From: an uncultured Nitrososphaeraceae archaeon
GTDB taxonomy: Archaea; Thermoproteota; Nitrososphaeria; Nitrososphaerales; Nitrososphaeraceae
DNA: 64,000 bases
Direction: 5' to 3'
Assembly: GCA_963779615.1 (NCBI GenBank)
Contig: CAVZZA010000001.1
Span: 512,001 to 576,000 of the forward strand
Part shown: in pieces, positions 19,292-29,699 of the stretch
Layout of the letters: every line of letters begins with the position of its first letter
Position numbering within the stretch: position 1 is the first letter of the stretch
The notes under the pieces: model-generated
Seen by the model: only the letters and a program-made list of their open reading frames with translations
The model's database searches: none
What the model was told of the DNA's origin: nothing
Made by a program: the position numbers and the translations under genes

Positions 19292-20137
19292 TCATTTAAC
19301 ATTACTAAATAAATATATCTTAATTTATGGTGTTGAAATTAATAAATAAGAAATATTGTTACATTATTCAAGACTTTGAATCTAATGAAAATGCCGAAGG
19401 AGTGTTACTTTCGACATAACCTTAAATGACGGGCTTTTGGAGCGTGATGCCAGCGTCTGTATTAGTAATTCTTGGAGTCATTGTCGTGTAATAAAATAAG
19501 ACAAGATTTTTATATTTTCAGATTTCGTTTATTCTTTTAGAAGATTTGGACCTGAATTTTAATATTTTTTGCTTTGAAAAACTGGTATAAAGGTTAGCAT
19601 TAGATTGGTTTTATCCTGATTTTAATTCTATCAACATGGTACCCGTATTATAAAACTAAGGAATTATAAAATAACTTATGATCATTGAAGAAGTTAAAAA
19701 TAAAGGGGAAACATAAAGTAATACAAGATTTTTTTTTGCCTTTTTAGTTATTTTTGGATAGGTAACATAATAACTTGATCATTATAAAAATATGCTAATT
19801 ATGCAGACGTAATAAAATAGAAAGGACAAAAGAATGAGAAGATTTGTTTTAAATGTATTTTAAAAAAATTATAAACGATAGGGAATTACAATTATAGATC
19901 ACAAACAATCGAACAACTACAAACGATCCCAATATCTATATATAGACACATTATATTAAAAAGTAGTTGGAAGAAAGCAGGACTTAACTTTTAAAAATAC
20001 CTCAATATATTACGAGAATTACGCGTAGGTTTTTCCATTCAATGTCTTGTTTTATCTAAAGTAATTTTTATCACCTTTTTATTAATAAACTGTAATTTTT
20101 TACAAATTGTTAAACAATACTTAGACAGACACATACT

Positions 20138-21298
20138 GTGGGAATACCTACATTTACATCAGGAGATCCTGTACTTGATTTTTTCTATATATTATTCAAT
20201 GGCATCTCAGAAGTACCTTTGTTTAGTTCTCCTGTAACTGGCATTTTAATCCTTGTTGGAGTGTTAATTGCTTCTCGGAAAGCTGGTATGATGATGGTAT
20301 TAGCTGGATTAGTAGGGGCTGGCACGGCAATATTATTAGGTGCAGATTACGGTCTCGTAACTTTTGGTTTATTCGGTTATAACTCTATTTTAACTGGAAT
20401 GGCTTTTTGGTCTGGACCGTTTGTGAAAGCAAACAGGGTAACCCTATCCATTTCAATATTTGGTGCTGCCGTAACTGCCGTTGCTTGGATGGCATTTGGG
20501 CATTTTATGGGAGATATATTTAGTCCAGACGATAGGGGGGGAATAATAAACTCTGTTGCTATCCCTGGGTTTACATCCTCTTTCATTTTCACAACTTGGG
20601 CAATGATGTATGCGAGCAAACGTTATGGTTATGATGTGTGGCCTGAAGTTCCAGAACCACCAAGGGCTGAAAGTCTTGAAGGGGTAAAAGAGGAGACCAA
20701 TAAAGATATTGATAGCCCTGTTCAAACAACTGAGACAGAGTTCAAATGGACCGCAAAAGAATTTATCAAAGCAACTCTAAAGGGTGTATCTCAAGTTACC
20801 TTTGTAGAAAACTGGAAAACTGGTCTATTGTGGGTTATTGGGTTGACACTGGCTTTTGAACTAGCTCCGTTTATAGCTGGTGTTCAGGATAGGCCTTGGT
20901 TTACTAATGCTTACACTGCAGGATGGGACGAGTATTCACCATTATACCTTGCGGGGGTTATGGCCTTAATAGGATCTGCGATAGGTGCAGCTTTATCTAT
21001 ACTAATGAAGTTACCAACACAGGAGACTCGAATTGGTTTGCATGGATTTAACCAGGTACTTGTTATGATTGCATTAACCAGTTTTGTTCCGTTAACTTGG
21101 CAATCATTCTTGATGGCTGTATTTGCAACTGTAACCTGCTCTGTAGTGGTAATGCCTGCTCTGCAGCGTTTCTTTGGGCAGTGGGGCCTACCTGCACTTA
21201 CCGGACCTTTCGTATTTACTGCGTGGGTATGGTTAATTGCAATATTTGGATTCACAAATATTCCTGCGGGAATTGGCTGGTCTAGACCGCAAGGTTAA
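20138..21298 (+). CDS. Urea transporter (UT/Yut, SLC14-like channel)
   Basis: Internal two-fold repeat (NGISEV/KGVSQV; GLFGYN/GLHGFN), GLPALTGPF signature, and position upstream of ureABC. Confidence 0.9.
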   Translation: MGIPTFTSGDPVLDFFYILFNGISEVPLFSSPVTGILILVGVLIASRKAGMMMVLAGLVGAGTAILLGADYGLVTFGLFGYNSILTGMAFWSGPFVKANRVTLSISIFGAAVTAVAWMAFGHFMGDIFSPDDRGGIINSVAIPGFTSSFIFTTWAMMYASKRYGYDVWPEVPEPPRAESLEGVKEETNKDIDSPVQTTETEFKWTAKEFIKATLKGVSQVTFVENWKTGLLWVIGLTLAFELAPFIAGVQDRPWFTNAYTAGWDEYSPLYLAGVMALIGSAIGAALSILMKLPTQETRIGLHGFNQVLVMIALTSFVPLTWQSFLMAVFATVTCSVVVMPALQRFFGQWGLPALTGPFVFTAWVWLIAIFGFTNIPAGIGWSRPQG

Positions 21299-21417
21299 TT
21301 GACCTACCACTTTTTTTAAAAATGTCCATTGCAATATTCTTTAAATAAATTATATTTCAGAATGTAGTTTTATTTCTATATGATGTTTTGCTTTAAAAAT
21401 GTTAATCATTTTATAAA

Positions 21418-21999
21418 ATGTCCGAATTTAATAAATCTCTAAAACATCTTAAAAATGATATTGAAAGGTCCAACTCTCAAAAAATTGGTATTTTTTACCA
21501 ATTGTGCAAAGAGCACAATATCGAACCCGTTATATTGAGACTCTCTGGTGATATCAAAAATAGGTTTACCCGTTCTGGTTACCTTATCACATTCACTAAC
21601 ACAAGGGTTATTGTATCAGAGAAGAGTAATTTACGAAATCTTTTAGATATTGGTTACATTGCAGGACTTGGACCGTATTTGTATTATCTTTTGTCTGATA
21701 GAGTTAACCTTGAGGATGTAAAATCAAAAGATTCTTTTGTCCAGGGTTTACCTTCTGGTTCAAATTCAACAAAGGAATTTTATATCCATTATAAAGAGAT
21801 TGAGAAACTTTTATTTTACCATGGAATTGAAACGCTAATAACAAACATGCTCGGTTCTGCGGTGAATTATAATTTTTTAAAAATACGTACTCAAAAAACT
21901 CTCTATAACTTTAATATTTCAGCTAAAAAAAATGGTGATTATGAAAAAATACTTTATTGGTTAAAGATGTCTTTGCCTATTAAAGTACACAAAGAATAA
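21418..21999 (+). CDS. Hypothetical protein in the urea cluster (possibly PH-like fold)
   Basis: 193-aa ORF between UT and ureA with LITFTNTRVIV...IHYKEIEKL...LKIRT pattern. Confidence 0.55.
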   Translation: MSEFNKSLKHLKNDIERSNSQKIGIFYQLCKEHNIEPVILRLSGDIKNRFTRSGYLITFTNTRVIVSEKSNLRNLLDIGYIAGLGPYLYYLLSDRVNLEDVKSKDSFVQGLPSGSNSTKEFYIHYKEIEKLLFYHGIETLITNMLGSAVNYNFLKIRTQKTLYNFNISAKKNGDYEKILYWLKMSLPIKVHKE

Positions 22000-22114
22000 G
22001 TATGTTCAATTAAGTCGACATCTACTAAATTCAGACCTTTTTATTATGGATTTATATAAATTATTATTTTGAATTTTAATATAATCCATTTCTGTTTTTA
22101 ACTATGAAATTAAA

Positions 22115-22417
22115 ATGATGTTGGTCCCAAGAGAAATAGAAAAAATGATGATATGGACTGCAGCCCAAATTGCAGAGGGAAGAAAACAAAGAGGAGTAAA
22201 ATTAAATCATCCCGAATCAATAGCGTATATATCTAATTTTGTAGTTGAAGGGGCACGCGAAGGAAAATCAGTCGCAGAACTGATGATGTCTGCACGGAGT
22301 ATTTTAAATAAAGAAGATGTAATGGACGGAGTATCGGAAATGATTCACACAGTTCAGGTGGAAGCTACATTTCCAGACGGAACAAAGCTGGTAACTGTGC
22401 ATGATCCAGTTCAATAG
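22115..22417 (+). CDS. ureA: Urease subunit gamma
   Basis: PREIEK, KLNHPES and [18 protein letters not shown] motifs. Confidence 0.97.
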   Translation: MMLVPREIEKMMIWTAAQIAEGRKQRGVKLNHPESIAYISNFVVEGAREGKSVAELMMSARSILNKEDVMDGVSEMIHTVQVEATFPDGTKLVTVHDPVQ

Positions 22418-22486
22418 TAGGTTATGAAAAATGATTAAAAAAATTATATATAAATCAAACTTGAAAGGAGGAGGTATTGTTACACA

Positions 22487-22861
22487 ATGATACCTGGAGA
22501 ATATGTTTTATCCGAAGGAGATGTTTTGTGTAACGAGAACAGAAAAACGATAAAGATTACTGTAAAACATACTGGTGACAGGCCTTGTCAAATCGGTTCA
22601 CATACACATTTCTTTGAGATCAATAAAGTTCTTGATTTCCCTAGGAAAGAGGCATTTGGCTTTAGGTTGAATATACCCGCCGGTACCTCTGTGCGATTTG
22701 AACCAGGTGATACTAAAGAAGTAGAACTGTGTGAATTAGGGGGTACGAGAGTCTGTTTTGGTTTTAATGGCTTAACTATGGGAAGCATGAAATCTTCTAA
22801 TATAAAAAAATCCGCATTTGAAAAAGCAAAATTCCAGGGATTTAAAGGAATGGGTAATTAG
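22487..22861 (+). CDS. ureB: Urease subunit beta
   Basis: MIPGE, TGDRPCQIGSHTHFFE and RLNIPAGTSVRFEPG motifs. Confidence 0.97.
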   Translation: MIPGEYVLSEGDVLCNENRKTIKITVKHTGDRPCQIGSHTHFFEINKVLDFPRKEAFGFRLNIPAGTSVRFEPGDTKEVELCELGGTRVCFGFNGLTMGSMKSSNIKKSAFEKAKFQGFKGMGN

Positions 22862-22874
22862 AAAGAGGTAATGC

Positions 22875-24605
22875 ATGATGGTATTAAAATTAACAAAAAA
22901 ACAATATTCTGAATTATATGGTGCAACGAAAGGTGATAAAATCCGTTTAGGCGATACTGATATCCTTATTGAAATAGAAAAAGATTTGATCTCACATGGA
23001 GACGAATGTGTTTTTGGGGGTGGTAAAACTTTAAGGGATGGTTTAGCCCAAACTTCTGGGGTTACTAATGCAAACGGTGCCTTGGACTATGTCATCACCA
23101 ATGCCGTTGTACTTGATCCGGTGATTGGTATAGTAAAAGGTGATATCGGAATAAAAGATGGAAAAATTGCGGGAATAGGAAAGGCTGGTAATCCCTTAGT
23201 GATGGATGATGTGGATAGAAACCTAACTGTTTCTGCTTGTACAGAAGCCACTGCAGGTGAGCACACAATATGTACCCCTGGACACTTTGATACCCATATT
23301 CACATGATTTCTCCACAACAGTATATCGATGGAATAAGCAATGGTGTGTGTAATATGATAGGTGGTGGTACAGGTCCTGCTGATGGAACTAACGCCACAA
23401 CGTGCACCCCTGGCTCATTTAATATAAGTAGAATGCTAGAAGCGGTGGAGGATATACCTGTTAACTGGGGATTCTTAGGAAAAGGTAACGATTCGCACCC
23501 CTCATTAGCCACTCAAATGGAGCAAATAGAAGCAGGAGCATGTGGACTTAAAGATCACGAGGACTGGGGAACAACCAACACAGTATTGGATGCGTCATTA
23601 CGAGCTGCTGATTTGACCGATACACAGGTTGCAATACACACAGATTCCATAAATGAATGTGGTTACCTTGAAGATACAATAAATGCAATAGATGGCAGGG
23701 TTGTACATAGCTATCATACAGAAGGGGCAGGCGGTGGACATGCACCTGATATCATTGCTATAGCTTCTGAACAAAATGTTTTGCCATCCTCAACTAACCC
23801 AACTAGGCCATTCACAGTAAATACTGTTGATGAGCATCTGGACATGCTGATGTTTTGCCACCACTTGAATCCTGCTGTTGCTGAAGATGTGGCCTTTGCC
23901 GATTCTAGAATTCGTGCTGAAACAATAGCTGCTGAAGATGTGATGCATGACGAAGGTGTTTTGAGTATGTACTCTTCCGATAGCCAAGCCATGGGCAGAA
24001 TTGGAGAGGTGGCTCTTCGCGCTTGGCAAACTGCAGACAAGATGAAAAAGATGAGGGGAAGGTTAAAAGAAGAAGCAGGTGACAACGATAATTTAAGAGC
24101 AAAAAGGTATATTGCAAAAACTACCATTAACTGCGCAATTACCCATGGTGTGTCTGACTACCTTGGTTCTCTTGAGGTAGGAAAATATGCAGATTTAGTG
24201 ATGTATAACACTGCTTTTTTTGGTGCAAAACCAAAAATGGTTTTTAAGGGTGGCTTTATTGCCTGGTCTATAATGGGTGACCCTAATGCTTCTCTTCCGA
24301 CCCCGGAGCCAGTCTATTATCGACCAATGTTTGGTGCAATGGGCCGTGCAGTCCAAAAAACTTCCTTTACATTCATGTCTAAAAAGGCTATAGAATTGGG
24401 GGTTCCCCAAAAATTGGGCCTAGAAAAAACAGTATTGGCTGTCAAAAACTGCAGAAATATTGGCAAGAAAGATATGATTTGGAACGATAAAACACCGGAA
24501 ATTACAGTTGACCCCGAAACATATGAAGTAAAAGTTGATGGAGAAATTGCAACAGTTGATCCAGCAAAGGAATTAAGTCTTGCGCAAAGATACTTTATGG
24601 CATAA
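22875..24605 (+). CDS. ureC: Urease subunit alpha
   Basis: [37 protein letters not shown] and SSDSQAMGR motifs. Confidence 0.98.
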   Translation: MMVLKLTKKQYSELYGATKGDKIRLGDTDILIEIEKDLISHGDECVFGGGKTLRDGLAQTSGVTNANGALDYVITNAVVLDPVIGIVKGDIGIKDGKIAGIGKAGNPLVMDDVDRNLTVSACTEATAGEHTICTPGHFDTHIHMISPQQYIDGISNGVCNMIGGGTGPADGTNATTCTPGSFNISRMLEAVEDIPVNWGFLGKGNDSHPSLATQMEQIEAGACGLKDHEDWGTTNTVLDASLRAADLTDTQVAIHTDSINECGYLEDTINAIDGRVVHSYHTEGAGGGHAPDIIAIASEQNVLPSSTNPTRPFTVNTVDEHLDMLMFCHHLNPAVAEDVAFADSRIRAETIAAEDVMHDEGVLSMYSSDSQAMGRIGEVALRAWQTADKMKKMRGRLKEEAGDNDNLRAKRYIAKTTINCAITHGVSDYLGSLEVGKYADLVMYNTAFFGAKPKMVFKGGFIAWSIMGDPNASLPTPEPVYYRPMFGAMGRAVQKTSFTFMSKKAIELGVPQKLGLEKTVLAVKNCRNIGKKDMIWNDKTPEITVDPETYEVKVDGEIATVDPAKELSLAQRYFMA

Positions 24606-24691
24606 ATTTCTATTTTTATAATATAGAAAAATTATACATAATATTTTCTTTTTTTTGATATATTTATCTTTTAGGACTTTTGATTTAACTT

Positions 24692-26251
24692 ATGTCTTCG
24701 CCTCAAAATTATGGAGTTTGGAAGCCAATTGCAGAAAATATCGAGTTTAATGCGCTAGAATCAAATTCTAATGCAGTAATGGCAGTAGCAGATACAGTGA
24801 GAACCACTCTGGGACCAAAAGGTTTGGACAAACTCTTGATTGACCAATCTATGAACAGGCATGTTTCCAATGATGGTGTTACAATTCTCTTATCGCTGAG
24901 GGCGATTCATCCGGTCGCAAAAATGATAGTGGAAATTGCTGAGAGACAGGAACAAAAAGTAGGTGATGGTACTACCACAGCAGTTATTCTTGCAGCGGAA
25001 ATGATTAAGGAAGGCAAGAGGTTAATTCGGGAGCTAGCTGTTCATCCTACAAAAGTTGTTGAAGGCATAGAAAGTGGAGTAAAGCACTCTTGCGACCTGT
25101 TAAAAAAAAGTGCGAAAAAAATCAGTTTAGACGAAGTAGAACTTGATCAAATAGTAAAAACAAGTTTGTCATCAAAATTGGATGGAAATGTATTACATAA
25201 AATGGTTGTTTCTGCTTTAAGGGCTGCAGGTAAGGATGCAATTTATGGTGACAAATATGATTTTGATAAATCACTAAAGGTAGTCAGACGAACTGATATG
25301 GATGATAAAATTGTTAATGGAGTTATTTTAGAGCGAAGAAGATTAGACCCAGAGCTGCCTAATAAAGTAAATAACGCTAAAATACTAATATTGAAATTAG
25401 ATTTAAAGCCTGTTAAAGAATCTTGGATTAAAGAGAACAGTAAATATCAGGATATCCTTAAAATGGAAAACGATAGATTGGAAAAGTCCAAAAAAATAGT
25501 TGATGCGATTCTTGAAACAGGGGCAAATACCCTTTTTGTCGCATCCCCTGAAGTTGACCAAATAATTGAGGATTTGTTTGTATCAAAAGGCATTTTTGCA
25601 GTCCACATTTCAAATGAAGAAATAGACTATTTGTCAAGATATACCGGAGCAAAACCTGTAAGAAATTTGGATGATTTAAAAAATAGAGATATTCTCGGAA
25701 CTTCTGAAAAAATATATGAAGACGAAGATATCGGAATAATTTATTTAGAAAACGGTTTAGGAAAAAAAATTATTACAATTCTAATCTCTGGATCCACCAA
25801 AGAAACATCTCTGGAAAGATGGAGATCAACAATTGACGGAATAAATGCTGCAGAAGCTGCATTAAACTATGGGATTGTTGCAGGAGGAGGCGCAGCAGAA
25901 TTACACATCATTGAAAAAATCAAACAGCTTAAGCTTAAGGGACTAGAACAGGTTGGACTTGAGGTTGTTACCTCTGCACTCGAAAGCATAATGAGGCAGA
26001 TATTAACAAATGCTGGATTTAACGGACTTGAAAAGGTGATGAATGCAAAAGCTTCTCCTGAAGGTTATGGTGTTGATATTGATACCGGTGATATTGTTGA
26101 CATGATATCAAAAGGTGTTTTAGATCCTGTATTGGTTAAAACAATGGCCTTGGAAGCATCCGGCGAAATGGCAAAATCCGTATTAAGGATAGACAAAAAC
26201 CTTGCAGCCGATGACCTTAACCCACAAGCAGTTGCTGATTCCAGAAGGTAA
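24692..26251 (+). CDS. Divergent group II (thermosome/TCP-1-like) chaperonin embedded in the urease operon
   Basis: TTLGPKGLDK, SNDGVTIL, GDGTTT, GIVAGGGAAE, GVLDP and VLRID motifs. Confidence 0.92.
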   Translation: MSSPQNYGVWKPIAENIEFNALESNSNAVMAVADTVRTTLGPKGLDKLLIDQSMNRHVSNDGVTILLSLRAIHPVAKMIVEIAERQEQKVGDGTTTAVILAAEMIKEGKRLIRELAVHPTKVVEGIESGVKHSCDLLKKSAKKISLDEVELDQIVKTSLSSKLDGNVLHKMVVSALRAAGKDAIYGDKYDFDKSLKVVRRTDMDDKIVNGVILERRRLDPELPNKVNNAKILILKLDLKPVKESWIKENSKYQDILKMENDRLEKSKKIVDAILETGANTLFVASPEVDQIIEDLFVSKGIFAVHISNEEIDYLSRYTGAKPVRNLDDLKNRDILGTSEKIYEDEDIGIIYLENGLGKKIITILISGSTKETSLERWRSTIDGINAAEAALNYGIVAGGGAAELHIIEKIKQLKLKGLEQVGLEVVTSALESIMRQILTNAGFNGLEKVMNAKASPEGYGVDIDTGDIVDMISKGVLDPVLVKTMALEASGEMAKSVLRIDKNLAADDLNPQAVADSRR

Positions 26252-26259
26252 TTATAACA

Positions 26260-26700
26260 ATGAAAATCCGCCATTGCGTTGAAAAATCTAATGTTGAAAA
26301 ATCTCTAATCATAATGGATCCGTTACAAATAAGGCATGCAGTCATAAAGTCCGGAAAAATATCATCTTTGTCCGGTTTAATAGACCCAAAATCACATCTT
26401 AATTTGGATTACCCTCCTCATTTGGTTAAAAATTGCATAATATCTGAAAAATTTGAGTTAGGTTCTGCAGTTGAAATATCTGATGGCAATTTTATATTTG
26501 CCCAAATAAGACCTGATAGTTACCAACACCTTGGTAAGTATGATTATACTCAAAACTTAATGAACATGATTGAGTCTGTAAAGAAATTAAGAAACATAAA
26601 TACAGACATCACTACTAATACTAATATTGATGCACATAAAATTAAATCTTCTCCAACATGTGCTTCAGATAAAATAAACAACAACAATCAAAATCAATGA
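26260..26700 (+). CDS. Hypothetical protein co-transcribed between the chaperonin and ureE
   Basis: 146-aa ORF 8 bp after the chaperonin stop and 39 bp before ureE. Confidence 0.7.
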   Translation: MKIRHCVEKSNVEKSLIIMDPLQIRHAVIKSGKISSLSGLIDPKSHLNLDYPPHLVKNCIISEKFELGSAVEISDGNFIFAQIRPDSYQHLGKYDYTQNLMNMIESVKKLRNINTDITTNTNIDAHKIKSSPTCASDKINNNNQNQ

Positions 26701-26739
26701 AATTGTTTTTATTGTCAATAAGAAACTATATGATATCTT

Positions 26740-27276
26740 ATGTTAACGGTCACAACTATTTTAGGGAATATAAAAAAGGATCCTATTTTAAATCAAAGAT
26801 ATGGAGAGTTATTCCAAAAAAGCCTTGTTGAAAGCGTAATAATTCAAAGATCAGAGTCAGAAAAAGTCAGGATGAGAAAAACATCAGACAAAGGCACGGA
26901 CATAGGGTTTATTTTGCCATCCAGAACTAGGCTTAAAGACAAAGATGTAGTTTTTTTGGATGACACTAAAATGATCCTGGTAAAACTGTCTCCCGAACTT
27001 GTAGCAGTGTTAAGTTTTAAGGATTACCCAAATCATGAATACGATGGACAACACAAGCCTGATTTGATAAACATCGCAATAAAAATTGGCCATACTATTG
27101 GTAACTTACATAGACCGTTAAAATTAGAGGAAAATAAAATCATTTTTCCACTCCAAACTGTAGAAGAGATAGACCTTTTCCAAAGACTTTTGCCCAGTTT
27201 AAAGGATCATATTGTTATAAAATCAGATAACCTAATTTTTGAACCTGATCAAGGATTTGATATACATGAACATTGA
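26740..27276 (+). CDS. ureE: Urease accessory protein UreE
   Basis: RMRKTSDKGTDIG, IGHTIGNLH and C-terminal HEH. Confidence 0.9.
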   Translation: MLTVTTILGNIKKDPILNQRYGELFQKSLVESVIIQRSESEKVRMRKTSDKGTDIGFILPSRTRLKDKDVVFLDDTKMILVKLSPELVAVLSFKDYPNHEYDGQHKPDLINIAIKIGHTIGNLHRPLKLEENKIIFPLQTVEEIDLFQRLLPSLKDHIVIKSDNLIFEPDQGFDIHEH

Positions 27277-27988
27277 AAAGGATAATACCTTTGTATCTGT
27301 AGATGATATTAGCTTTTTACAGTTATCTGATTCATTTTTTCCTACGGGATTATATACCACTTCAAATGGTTTGGAATCATTATTTTACAATAGGGACAAA
27401 AAAAAATTAACCTATACCGATGTTTTTGATTTCATTAAAGCGTATCTATCGCAACAAGTGGGGCCGACAGATTGTTCTGTCATTGGTAATGTATACAGTT
27501 GCATTCAAAAAAGTGATTTTTCGACACTGCTGGAGTTAGACAGTGTGTATTATTTTATGCGGTTGATAGAAGAAACCAGATCTGCTTCCATAAGGTCTGG
27601 AATTCAGCTCTTAAGGTGTATCTCTTCCTTTACTGGCAACAATGAATATGTTAACTTTTATTTAAAAAGCATTAAAGATGGTCAGGCAAAAGGCGTCTAC
27701 CCTGTCTCTTTTGCATTATCGTGTAATGCCATGAATATAAAAAAAGAGAGATCTGGCTTAATGTTGCTTTATGGTTTTGCCGTTAGTGTAGTTGGGGCTG
27801 CGTTACGTTTGGGTATTCTCCAGCATTATGATGGACAGCGGATTATTCACGAAATGAAACCTATAATTTTATCAAGTGTAACAAAGAACATTAATCGATC
27901 CTATTCTAATATGTGGCAGTTCATTCCCCAGTTAGATATAATTCAAATACAGCATGAACAGATGGATTCCAAAATGTTTATTACATGA
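27266..27988 (+). CDS. ureF: Urease accessory protein UreF
   Basis: LQLSDSFFPTGLYTTSNGLE, AALRLG and C-terminal HEQMDSKMFIT; likely ATG at 27266. Confidence 0.92.
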   Translation: MNIEKDNTFVSVDDISFLQLSDSFFPTGLYTTSNGLESLFYNRDKKKLTYTDVFDFIKAYLSQQVGPTDCSVIGNVYSCIQKSDFSTLLELDSVYYFMRLIEETRSASIRSGIQLLRCISSFTGNNEYVNFYLKSIKDGQAKGVYPVSFALSCNAMNIKKERSGLMLLYGFAVSVVGAALRLGILQHYDGQRIIHEMKPIILSSVTKNINRSYSNMWQFIPQLDIIQIQHEQMDSKMFIT

Positions 27989-28006
27989 TTTTTTATCTAG
28001 TTTTCT

Positions 28007-28663
28007 GTGTCAATTTCACGGATTCCTCGCATTGGAATAGGTGGACCGGTAGGTTCGGGAAAAACAATGTTAATCGAACAAATAGTCCCTATTTTAAAGG
28101 ATAAAGGATATAATGTTGGCATAATATCCAATGACGTTGTATCAAAGGAAGATGCTGAGAGAATGCGAAAAAACCTTGCCACGGAAAAGGGTTTGATGTC
28201 AGAGGACCTAGTTATTGGTGTCGCTACAGGAGGTTGCCCGCATACTGCTGTAAGGGAGGATCCATCCATCAATATATCTATTGTAGAAGAGATGGAGATC
28301 AAACACCCAAACCTTGATTTGATAATTATCGAAAGTGGTGGTGATAACATTACAACTACCTTTAGCCCTGCACTAGCTGATTATTTCATTTATATAATCG
28401 ACGTTTCCAGTGGAGACAAATATCCAAGAAAACGAGGTCTTGGAATAGAAACATGCGATCTCTTGGTAATTAATAAAATTGATATTGCTTCCTATATTGG
28501 TGCAGATCTTAGTATAATGGAAAGGGATGCAAAGATTATACGAGGCGATAAGCCTTTTGTTTTTGTCAATAGTAAGACTGGCCAGGGCATTAAAGAGGCA
28601 ACAAATTATATTATTAAAGACATATTATTTAATGCGACTCCAAAATCTAAAATAACTATTTGA
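28007..28663 (+). CDS. ureG: Urease accessory GTPase UreG
   Basis: GGPVGSGKT, TGGCPHTAVRED, ESGGDN and NKID motifs. Confidence 0.97.
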   Translation: MSISRIPRIGIGGPVGSGKTMLIEQIVPILKDKGYNVGIISNDVVSKEDAERMRKNLATEKGLMSEDLVIGVATGGCPHTAVREDPSINISIVEEMEIKHPNLDLIIIESGGDNITTTFSPALADYFIYIIDVSSGDKYPRKRGLGIETCDLLVINKIDIASYIGADLSIMERDAKIIRGDKPFVFVNSKTGQGIKEATNYIIKDILFNATPKSKITI

Positions 28664-28682
28664 TTAGAATGCGGTAATTTCA

Positions 28683-29618
28683 ATGAGTTTTTATGATCTT
28701 TCTTTTTGTACGCCAAAAGATATTCCACATGAAATTTTGGAATATGACGCGCAATTAGAACAATTAGCTGTGGGAACGTCTGGTAAGCTTGGTGTTTTAA
28801 AATTACATTTAGAGAACGATAAATTTAATAATAAAACATCAATAAAGAATCAGTTTTATAAAGTTCCATTGTGTATCAAACGTGCTCTTTATCTCGAAGA
28901 AACCTGCCCTGAAATGGCATATATTTATATTATTTCGCCATCCGGAGGGATATTGCAAGGGGATAGATATAGAACTGATATAACGCTTAAAAACCATGCC
29001 AAATCCCACATTACTACACAAAGTGCAACAAGAATTTATAAAATGAATAAAAATTTTGGGACTCAAATAATAAATTTAGATGTCGGTGAAAATTGTTATC
29101 TGGAGTATATTCCTGATCAAATAATACCATTTAAAAATTCCAAATACTATCAGGTTTCTGATGTTAAAGTTCATGATAGTGCCACTTGCGTATATTCTGA
29201 GATATTGACGCCGGGGAGAGTAGCTAGTAATGAATCTTTTGAGTATGATATATGTTATATGAAAGTCAAAGCTGAAAACCATTTAAACAAATTAAGGTTT
29301 ATTGACATAGCAAAACTTGAGCCTAAAAAAGAAAACATCAAATCTTTTGGCATCATGAATGATTTTGATATACTAGGGAATGTATATATTTTGTTGCCAA
29401 AGGATCAAGTGACGGATGTTAAAAATGAAATAAATATGATGTTAAACAATCTAAATAACGTTATAGGGGGATGCACAAAATTGCCCGATGACGGTGGGTT
29501 AATGGTTCGAATACTTGGTCGATTTGTTTTTGATATTAGAAATATAATATATTCAATTCTTGGGATAGTTAGAAAAAAAATTCTAAATGTTTCATTTAGT
29601 GGGATACGAAAAATTTAG
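28683..29618 (+). CDS. ureD: Urease accessory protein UreD
   Basis: SPSGGILQGD, TTQSATRIY, LEYIPDQIIPF and PGRVA motifs. Confidence 0.93.
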   Translation: MSFYDLSFCTPKDIPHEILEYDAQLEQLAVGTSGKLGVLKLHLENDKFNNKTSIKNQFYKVPLCIKRALYLEETCPEMAYIYIISPSGGILQGDRYRTDITLKNHAKSHITTQSATRIYKMNKNFGTQIINLDVGENCYLEYIPDQIIPFKNSKYYQVSDVKVHDSATCVYSEILTPGRVASNESFEYDICYMKVKAENHLNKLRFIDIAKLEPKKENIKSFGIMNDFDILGNVYILLPKDQVTDVKNEINMMLNNLNNVIGGCTKLPDDGGLMVRILGRFVFDIRNIIYSILGIVRKKILNVSFSGIRKI

Positions 29619-29699
29619 CATCTATTTATCCTTTTAAGTAATAATTGATTGTTTTTTTCATTAAAAAATAATTAATTCTATTTATTATGATTTCAAATT

